Below are positions 56,468 to 64,000 of a DNA stretch of 64,000 bases, in pieces. Location: contig CAVSGM010000003.1 of NCBI GenBank assembly GCA_963727485.1, positions 672,001 to 736,000 on the forward strand, given 5' to 3'. The translations under genes and the position numbers were made by a program. Numbering within the stretch: position 1 is the stretch's first letter; each line of letters begins with the position of its first letter. The notes below the pieces were generated by a model that was not told the origin of the DNA, searched no databases, and worked only from the letters and a program-made list of their open reading frames with translations. The stretch comes from an uncultured delta proteobacterium (lineage in GTDB: Bacteria > Myxococcota > Myxococcia > SLRQ01).

Positions 56468-57636
56468 GTGCTCACGACCCTCGCCATCGCGGGCTACCGC
56501 TCCCTGGTGGACCTCCGGGTCGGCCTCGCGGGGCCTCAACGTGGTCACCGGGCCCAACGGCAGCGGCAAGTCGAACCTCCACCGGGCGCTGCGGCTGCTC
56601 GCCGACACCGCCGAGGGGCGCCTCATCCCCGCCCTGGCGCGCGAGGGCGGGATCCCGTCGGTGGCCTGGGCGGGGCCCCAGGAGGCCACCCGGCGCTTCG
56701 AGACCGGGGAGCTGGCCATCACCGACCACGTCCAGGACGCCCACGCGCCCCTGCGCCTGCGCCTCGGCTTCGCCGACGAGGACCTGGGCTACGCCATCGT
56801 CCTGGGCCGGCCGGTGCCCGTGCCCGATCCCTTTTCGACCAGGACCCGGAGATCAAGCGCGAGGTGATCTTCGCCGGGCCCGCGTGGACCCGCGCCCGCG
56901 CCCTGGTCGACCGCGCCGGCTCCGTGGTTAAGGTGGCCAGGGCCGCAGCTGGAAGGTCATCGCCCAGGACGTGCCGCCGTACCAGGGGCTCTTCGACCTC
57001 GGCGCCGATCCGGCCCTGGCCCCCGAGGTCGTCCGCCTCCGGGAGCGCATCCGCGGCTGGCGCTTCTACGACCACCTGCGCACCGACGACGACGCCCCGG
57101 CCCGGAGCCCCCAGGTGGCCACCCGCACCCCCGTCCTCGCCGCCGACGGCGCCGACCTGGCCTCGGCCCTCCAGACCATCCTCGAGATCGGCGACGGGCA
57201 GGCGCTCGAGGCCGCCATCGCCGACGCCTTCCCCGGGTCGGGCCTGGAGATCGGCAGGCCCGCCGAGGGGCGCCTCGGCGTCGGCCTGCGCCAGGACGGC
57301 CTCCTGCGCACCCTCGACGCCGCCGAGCTCTCCGACGGCACCCTGCGCTACCTGCTCCTGGTCGCGGCGCTGCTCACGCCCCGGCCCCCGCCGCTGATGG
57401 TCCTCAACGAGCCGGAGACCAGCCTCCACCCGGCGCTCCTCCCGGCGCTGGGTCGCCTCCTCGCCGCCGCCGCGACGCAGGGCCAGGTCTGGGTGGTGAC
57501 CCACGCCCAGGCCCTGGCCGCGGCGCTCGCCGGGTCCGAGGGGCACCAGGCCATCGCCCTGGAGAAGCACCAGGGCGCCACGCGCATCGCCGGCCAGGGG
57601 CTCCTCGACAGCCCGAGCTGGCACTGGCCGGAGTAA
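56468..57636 (+). CDS. Predicted ABC/SMC-like ATPase (AAA_21/COG4637-like); frameshifts ~56530, ~56835, ~56945
   Basis: LAI.GYRSL, VTGPNGSGKSN, WRFYDH.RTD, ELSDGTLRY, VLNEPETSLHP, VVTH. Confidence 0.85.
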
Positions 57637-57639
57637 GGG
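57589..57639 (+). repeat. Direct repeat copy 1 (3' end of the ATPase gene)
   Basis: gccggccaggggctcctcgacagcccgagctggcactggccggagtaaggg. Confidence 0.85.
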
Positions 57640-58068
57640 ATGCTGGTCGAACAGGTCGAAAGGAAGCTCACGAAGCGGGCGGAGAAGTCGGGCCTCGTCT
57701 TCTCCCTTGGCACATCCGTCGAGGCGAGCCAGCTCCGAAGTGTCGAATCAGCTCTGGGGTTGTCGCTTCCAGCCCAGGTGGAATCATTCTACCGAGCACA
57801 TGACGGTCTGACCGTGGAAGAGCCAGCGCTGGTCGTCTTCCGAACGCAAGACCTGAAGCGAAGAGGCGACCTGCTTCGTTTCGCTACCTTCGATGGCGAG
57901 CATCACGTGGCGTTCGACGTGGGTCACACCAACGAGGCGGGCCAGTGGGACATCGTCTGCGAAGAGACGGGTGACACGATCACCCTCACCATGGCGAGCT
58001 TCTTGGCCAACAAGATTCGGCACTGGATTGACCACCGAAGACGTGTCTGGCTCAACGAAGTATTCTGA
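57640..58068 (+). CDS. SMI1/KNR4 (SUKH) family immunity-like protein
   Basis: QL..VE..LG..LP.....FY..HDG motif; C-terminal S...FL. Confidence 0.75.
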   Translation: MLVEQVERKLTKRAEKSGLVFSLGTSVEASQLRSVESALGLSLPAQVESFYRAHDGLTVEEPALVVFRTQDLKRRGDLLRFATFDGEHHVAFDVGHTNEAGQWDIVCEETGDTITLTMASFLANKIRHWIDHRRRVWLNEVF

Positions 58069-58074
58069 CCAGGG

Positions 58075-58674
58075 ATGGCCAACACCCCCGAACCCGACAC
58101 CCACTGCCCGGTCTGCGGCTACGAGCTGGGTCTGCCCGCCTGGGAGGGTCACCGGCCGTCGTGGGAGACCTGCCCGGCGTGCGGGACCACCTTCGGCCTG
58201 GACGACGACGTCTCCGAGAACCCCGCGGTCCGGGCGCAGTTCTACTCGCTCTTGCGCTCTCGCTGGGTCGCCGAGGGCACGCCTTGGTCGAGCAACACCC
58301 GGCGGCCGCTCCCTCGCGCGACTCTGCTCGCCAATCTTCAGGCCCGGGATCCCGCCGGCGTTTGGAGGGACCGGGCGCGCTTCCTCGACACCGCACGGGC
58401 CTTCCTCGACGGCGAGCTGACCGTGCCCGCAGCGATGGGCGTGCTCACCCCTTTGAGATTCCACGCCGGGGAGACAGGGCTCCTGTCCCGCGAGTTGCTG
58501 CTGGCGCTCACCGCCGTCGAGTCCGAGCTCGACGAGTTCGGCTTCATGCCCCTCGACCGCGTGTTCGCCCGGGACGGCATCGCCTCGAACAGGAAAGCCC
58601 TGGCCGTGCACCAGGACCTGGAGGCGGCCTGCCGCCGGATCCTCGCCGAGCTGGAGCCGGACGCCACCGACTGA
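58075..58674 (+). CDS. Hypothetical protein with N-terminal Zn ribbon
   Basis: HCPVCGY...PSWETCPACGTTFG.DD, R..W...G..W. Confidence 0.65.
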   Translation: MANTPEPDTHCPVCGYELGLPAWEGHRPSWETCPACGTTFGLDDDVSENPAVRAQFYSLLRSRWVAEGTPWSSNTRRPLPRATLLANLQARDPAGVWRDRARFLDTARAFLDGELTVPAAMGVLTPLRFHAGETGLLSRELLLALTAVESELDEFGFMPLDRVFARDGIASNRKALAVHQDLEAACRRILAELEPDATD

Positions 58675-58804
58675 CGAGCCTTGCCGACGCCGGTGGCCGA
58701 CCCGGTGCGCCGTCTCGGACGCTTTGACGGGCGGCCTCGCGACCCACTAGGATCATTCCCTAGAGACTGGTCCTTGCTGAATCCCGGACGACCTACGAGG
58801 GGAC

Positions 58805-59324
58805 GTGTTGGATGGCTTGCGGCGCTGGTGGCCGGGGTGACGGTCGGCGGATGCCAGTGCCAGGCTGTTGTACCGACGGCCCCGCCTGGCGAGGTCTACA
58901 TCCCCGGATCGACCCTTGAGATGGGGCATGCGCCGACATCCGGAACCCAGTGCCCTGGCCAGCAGCGCGGCCCCGGCCAACTCGGACAAGTGGATGCGCA
59001 CGGTGGGCACGGACTCGCGCGACGTCTCGGCCGAGGGCGTCCACGATCTCTACGGCAATCCGTTCGAACTCGTGGCCAATCTCTACGTGGGCGACCTCTA
59101 CGCGCACAAGCTCGCAGGACAACCCTACCAGGCCAAAGGCCTCCGACCTCCCGACGGGCGTCGTTCCCAGCGCTGACCACGTTGTCCGCGGCAACTGCGA
59201 CGGCACGTTGTGGCCGGACTTCGACTATGCCCACAAGGGTTGCCCGGTCTGGTTCCGCACGTACGACTCGGGCGTGGCCGGCCAGGGACTCATCGACGGC
59301 CCGAGGTGGCACTGGCCCGAGTGA
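58805..59324 (+). pseudogene. Degenerate formylglycine-generating-enzyme-like (FGE-sulfatase) lipoprotein fragment
   Basis: VYIPG....MG, DVS.EGVHDLYGN..E.V, HVVRG spread across frames; ends in the borrowed ATPase 3' repeat. Confidence 0.5.
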
Positions 59325-59327
59325 GGG
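59277..59327 (+). repeat. Direct repeat copy 2
   Basis: 45/51 identical to 57589-57639, same reading frame and stop. Confidence 0.85.
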
Positions 59328-59380
59328 CGTGAAGCAGTGCCTTCCCCAAGTCCGTACGAAGAGGCAAGCTTGGTGTTCAC

Positions 59381-59963
59381 ATGAACGAAGAAGAACGAGG
59401 CATCTTCGAGCATCTCGAGGAGATGGGGCACCTGGCGGCGGCGGGTCAATGGGCGTCGCTCGAGCAGAAGTACCTCTCGCTCTGCAGGTCACTGGCAGGC
59501 CCAACCCTTGCGGACAGGGTCATGCGCCTGGACTTCGGCAAGTATGGTGAATCGCTCCGTGCCCCGTACCTCGAGGCCTCGGCCGAGTGCGCCCGGCGCG
59601 GCCATCCCGCGTTGTACTTCGAGTACGACCTCGACAATGCCTGGGAGGGCGCCTTCTTCGTGTGCTGTTGAGTTCCGTCCCATCGAAGAGGCCGATGAAG
59701 ACTGGGCCTGTGACTACGAGGCTCACTTCCGCGCTCCACCATTCGAGGAGGCGTCGGCGCTCTACCTGGAGAATGGGTTTGATCAGACGCCCGAAGCGGT
59801 CGGTACCACGCTGCTCTTGATCGCGCGCCCCGTCCGAGCGGTTCGCGAGCTGGTGCAGGAAGATCCGCCAGGGCTTCGTGCGGTCTGCGTCGCCTTTCAC
59901 GACCAGGATCCCCTTGTGCGTGTCTTCGAAGACCCGAGCGCAACCGCGTTGCACTCCGCGTGA
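59381..59963 (+). CDS. Hypothetical acidic protein (frameshift ~59665)
   Basis: ORFs 59381..59671 and 59508..59963 join: ALYFEYDLDN.W...F..C...EDWACDY...VAFHDQD. Confidence 0.6.
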
Positions 59964-59975
59964 CGGGTTGAAGCA

Positions 59976-60014
59976 GCCGGCAAGGGCGCCTCGGCGGCCC
60001 GAGCTGGCACTAGC
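59976..60014 (+). repeat. Direct repeat copy 3 (degenerate)
   Basis: gccggcaagggcgcctcggcggcccgagctggcactagc; shares a 15-bp core gcccgagctggcact with copy 1. Confidence 0.7.
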
Positions 60015-60238
60015 GCGCCGGGTCCCGACCGCGGAGCGCGTCCAGCACCGCTTCCCTCGCCGCCAGCGCCTGCGCGAGGGACCAGAAGCGACCCGCGGGC
60101 TCATAGAAGCCGTCGCCAGCGAAAACCAGGTGATGAGGGCCTGGCCCGGCTTCGACGTAGAGACCCCGAATCGCCGCCAGCAGGGAGTACCGCTCCCGGG
60201 TCGGGCGGCGAGCCCAGGCGAAGCGCAGTCTCCCGGAG

Positions 60239-61034
60239 TCACCGGTGACGAGGATGCGGGCCTGTACGAGACCGTCGGATGCACCGCACCAGGAGGAGCC
60301 CGAGAGCGAGGCCGATTAACAGTCGCAGCGGCTGGGGCTCGAGCTCGGACCAGACCGCGGACCCTGGCAGACCGGCCCAGGCGCCCAGGGCCATCCCGCC
60401 CGCGGCAGCTACGCCCAGCATCCCCAGCACCACGCCGGCCACCTGGAGGTACGGTCGGTTGCCCACGCTCGCCTCCCGGATCTCCACGCCACCGTCGGGG
60501 ACCCAGCAATCGGCACCGGCTCCACCAGACGGGCCGACCCGCTCGTCCGCACGTTCCCGGCTACCAGGCGGGCCGTGAGCGGTGTCTCCAGGTCGCCGGC
60601 AGCGCGAACGTCGTCGCCGGAGAGGTCCCGCCAGACCAGGGACCAGCCGCCGAGACGACAAAGCCCCTCGGCGAAGGTTCGCACCCGTGTCGGCGACGAA
60701 GTACCCGGAGGACCAAGTGCCGGGTCAATCCGGGCGCCACGAAATCGACGGCGTAGGCCGGACCGGCCACCCCGAGGTGACGTCGACCGCAGCGCGAGAC
60801 CACCACGCACCCCTCTTCTACAGCCAGCGGTCCGGCACGGGTGCCCAAGATGACTCCGCCCTCACGCCGCAGCTCGAGGGCCCTCGGCCGTCCCGTGACC
60901 TGCGGTGCCAGGATGAGGAGCATGAGCAGAGGGGTCGACGGCAAGAGCGTCAGGTAGCCCAGCCCGAAGTGGAGGGAGACGGCTACTGTCGCGGCGAGGG
61001 CGACCAGTGCCCCGCCGATGACGACCCAGCGCAT
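60239..61034 (-). CDS. Hypothetical membrane protein (probable frameshift)
   Basis: Two N-terminal TM helices (ORF 60561..61127) and two C-terminal TM helices (ORF 60239..60661). Confidence 0.4.
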
Positions 61035-61274
61035 TCCGGGTCCACACCGGGGATAGGGGTCGGGTACCCGAAGCCTGGACGGGGTATGCGGGAGGGACTT
61101 CGTCCAGATATGGACGGGCGCAGCCATACCCAGATGAAGCTGCGCCCCCCGCGTTCTGACGCCTTCAGCCCCTCAGGCCGCCGAGCCCCATGGCGCACAA
61201 TCGGGGCCCTGCCCAACCTTCTCCGAGCCGCTGGACGCGGACGCCGCGCGGCTGGTGCCGGGCAAGCCCAGTTG

Positions 61275-61918
61275 CTACCCGCCGCCATGCGCCTGGGCGA
61301 GCGCTCGCAGCCGACCCACGGCGCCGTCGACGACCGCGCGGACCTTGGCATCGATCTCCTGGACCTTCGGCGGGGGACCGCTCGGGTCCCAATCTCCCCC
61401 GGCCTCCAGACCGGGTCGTCGTCGGGGGGCAGCACAATCCCGGGCACCTTGATCGCGGCTCGCTGAAGGGGCTGGAGGCAGGCGCAAATCTGGATCAGCA
61501 GCCGGGTCCGGGCCGGGTCGTCGCCAGTGCCCAAATCCTCCCCGGGATCCGAGCGGTCCCGCAGCAGCGGGTTCGGGAACCGCGCCACCTCTGGCTCCAG
61601 GGCCTCGAGCTGGCGCATCGCCTCCGCGACGTCCTCCTGGGCCGCGGCAATCCGCTCGGACCAGGGGCGTGCCGCCCAGTCCACCTGGGCCTCGAGCGCC
61701 GACAGCCGGGCGCGTCCCTGACCTCCCTCGTACCCGCAGCTCCGGCACACGTAGACATCCGGGCCCAGGACCTCCAAATCGGTGCTGTCGCAGCTCGCGC
61801 ATCGGGGCCGGGCGTCCTCGGCGGGGTCGTTCAGCTCGTTGTCGTAGGGCTTGCGGGTGGAGATGAACCAGACGAAGCCCACCAGGGCCAGGGTTCCGGC
61901 CGCGAGGAGCCAGGCCAT
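61275..61918 (-). CDS. Membrane-anchored Zn-ribbon hypothetical protein (probable frameshift ~61370)
   Basis: N-terminal TM helix, RCASCDS..YVCRSCGY; TGATG coupling to the HNH gene. Confidence 0.55.
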
Positions 61919-62527
61919 CACGCGCCTCCGGGTTCCGTGGAGGCGGCGCCAGCCGCAGGTGGACCTCCGGCGACCGCCGTCTCCGCCGCGCGCCGCCAGC
62001 GTCGCAGGTACGCCGAGGCCAAGGCCTCCGGGTGCGCGTCAGTGTAGGCCAGGAACCAGCCGAGGAGGCCGTCCCAGTCATCCAGGGAGCCCGCCGGGTG
62101 CAGCTCCCAGCCGAGCTCCGCGAGGGTCCAATGCGCCTTCGCGGAGTTCCGGAGCTGCGAGGTCGAGACCATGTTCGACTCGTCGTCGGCGCCGCCGCGC
62201 GCCACGGGCACCACGTGGTCGATGGTGGGAAAGAGCTCCCAGTACATGACGTGCGTCTCCGACACCTTCCAGTTGGGATGAAACGGGAAGGCCTCTGGAA
62301 GCAGGTCCGAGAGGAGCCGCAGCGTGCCGGGAAACACCAGGCGTTCGCCCGAGTACCGGTCGACGAAGCCGTCGCGCCGGAACACGCGCATCATCGTGGC
62401 CTCGGCGTAGTGCCGCCCCGCGTTCTGCGGCGGCGCGAAGGGGTAGTCGGTGCGGGCGATGCGGTGGCGTCATCGCGGTCGCCCTCGGTCAGCGCCCGGC
62501 AGACCGGTCGAGTGCGTCCCAGCTCAT
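61918..62527 (-). CDS. HNH endonuclease (5' part frameshifted, start approximate)
   Basis: VF.RDGFVDRYSG, TIDHVVPVARGG...SN.V......NSAK. Confidence 0.8.
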
Positions 62528-62592
62528 GTCGATGGTGGTTCTCCCATCGAACAACCTTCGTCAAGGACCGCGGTCGCCTGCCGGCCCGGTGC

Positions 62593-63200
62593 CTACTGCG
62601 TCTGCCGGAACCGGTAGTTGCGGACGACGATCGCCGGGATCGGCTGTCCCTTGTTGAGCGCCGGGTGGAACCGGCAGCGGCGCAGGGCGGCGCGCACCGC
62701 GTCGTCGAACACCGGGTTGGTGGACCGCCTGATCCGGATGTCCGTGACCTGGCCCGACCGGGTGACCGTGTACTCGGCGATCACCGTGCCGTGGAGCGCC
62801 TTGCGGCGGAGGCTGCGCCCCGTCGACCTCGGGCGCGTCAGCGGGGCCTGCGCCAGTGCTCCCGCGGACTGGCTTCCGACGCCGGACCGGGCGACGCCTC
62901 GGAGCTGGCCGGGGGCTCGACGGACACCGGACCGGCCGGTGGGCTGACGCCGCGGTCCCTGGTGCCGGCGGCGCCCCGAGACGTCCGGGCCGTTCGCCGG
63001 CGCCACCGGGGCGCCCCTCGTCGAGCCACGCCGGTGGTGCGGGCACGCCGAGGGGTGCCGACCGTCGCCGGCGCCCAGGGGTGGGCTGGCGCTGGTCGCA
63101 CCGTCGTCGGCGGCTCGTGGTCCCAGGATAGCGCTGCGGCCTGCCGTGCCGGGCGCGCACTCCCCCGGACCCGCGGAAGACCCTCGTCCGCGGGCTCCCA
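62593..63200 (-). CDS. TonB C-terminal-domain protein, N-terminal part disrupted or uncertain
   Basis: G.V...YTV..SG.V.DI.I..S.NP.FD.A...A....RF.PA...G.P; Pro-rich upstream sequence in another frame; no TM anchor seen. Confidence 0.6.
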
Positions 63201-63380
63201 CCCACCTCCCGGCCGCCGCTGGCCACGCACATCCGGTAGCGCCGCATCCGGTGAGCCGTCGGGATGGGGATCAACGTCCGTTGCCCACCTCGCGCGCCTG
63301 CCCACCTTGGTGCCGGTCGATTTCTCGGCCGTCTCAACGGGTGGAGTGAACTCCCACCCCTCCACGGGGGATGAAGTCTG

Positions 63381-63770
63381 ATGCACGTCACCAAGAACGA
63401 TGTGGAAGTGAAGATGGAGATTCCGGGCGCCGTCATCCGTCAGCACACGGATTTCGGCGACGCCACCGGGCTGGGCAAGATCAGCTGCGAGTACTTCTCG
63501 CTGGCCGCCGGCGTCGACACCACCCCGCTCTTCGAGGGGCTCGAGGGCGATCTCTGCCAGTGCCCGCACTGGGGGTTCGTGGTCCGGGGGGAGCTGACCG
63601 CCACCGATGCGGCGGGGAAGACGGAGACCGTCAAGGGCAACGACCTCTTCTACTGGCCCCCGGGGCACAACGTGAAGGTCACGGCGGACGCCGACCTCAT
63701 CATGTTCAGCCCGCAGCGCGAGCACTCCCAGGTGATCGCCCACATGCAGGAGAAGGTGAAGACGCTGTAG
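63381..63770 (+). CDS. Cupin-domain protein
   Basis: GDLCQCPHWG.V..G, GNDLFYWPPGH. Confidence 0.8.
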   Translation: MHVTKNDVEVKMEIPGAVIRQHTDFGDATGLGKISCEYFSLAAGVDTTPLFEGLEGDLCQCPHWGFVVRGELTATDAAGKTETVKGNDLFYWPPGHNVKVTADADLIMFSPQREHSQVIAHMQEKVKTL

Positions 63771-63909
63771 GCAGGCGCATCCCAGCGCGGTCATCCCTCG
63801 ACGGGCGACGGGCAGGGCTGGCGCCGCCCTGGGGTCGGGCCAGCTTCGTCGTCCGGGGGTGGCGCCCCCCGGGGCCGCGCCTAGATCAGTGTTCTCGGGG
63901 GGACACACG

Positions 63910-64000
63910 ATGAAGCTGCTCGCGATGCTGGCCCTGGGCCTCGCCACCGGCGCCGGCGCCACCACCGCAAGGGCCCAGGGCGACCCGCCGCCGCTGAAGA
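63910..64000 (+). CDS. Secreted protein, N-terminus only (runs off the right edge)
   Basis: MKLLAMLALGLATGAGATTARAQ signal peptide; G-rich RBS. Confidence 0.6.
   Translation, partial: MKLLAMLALGLATGAGATTARAQGDPPPLK

Noticed and set aside
57589..60014. Three direct repeats as CRISPR repeats or integron attC sites
   Set aside because: Spacing is 0.7-1.7 kb, the repeat is coding sequence, and it lacks the RYYYAAC...GTTRRRY palindromic structure.

Overview
High-GC bacterial window, most likely Myxococcota (MYXO-CTERM sorting signals, an FrgA-like protein, MXAN_2561/2562-like module). Positions 1 to ~47.1 kb are mostly core or metabolic genes: ilvA, two glucosidases, acyl-CoA dehydrogenase, uppS-cdsA-tsaB, asd, truA, a MacAB-type ABC exporter, trxA, serA-like, menA, ruvX and clpB, plus several secreted or lipoprotein genes. 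From ~47.2 kb the composition becomes visibly less GC-rich and the region is an accessory/defence island. It holds a tightly coupled operon with two CBASS modules: CD-NTase-Cap2-Cap3-HNH/SAVED, followed directly by a CdnE-like cyclase and a Cap15-like membrane effector. Downstream are an orphan nuclease-like gene, an intact IS630, and an ATPase gene whose ~50-bp 3' end recurs three times and separates immunity-like cassettes. Many genes carry single-base indels. These could be long-read consensus errors or real decay, which cannot be decided from sequence alone. All family calls are from motif recognition by eye, with no database search. No tRNA, rRNA or CRISPR array was recognised.
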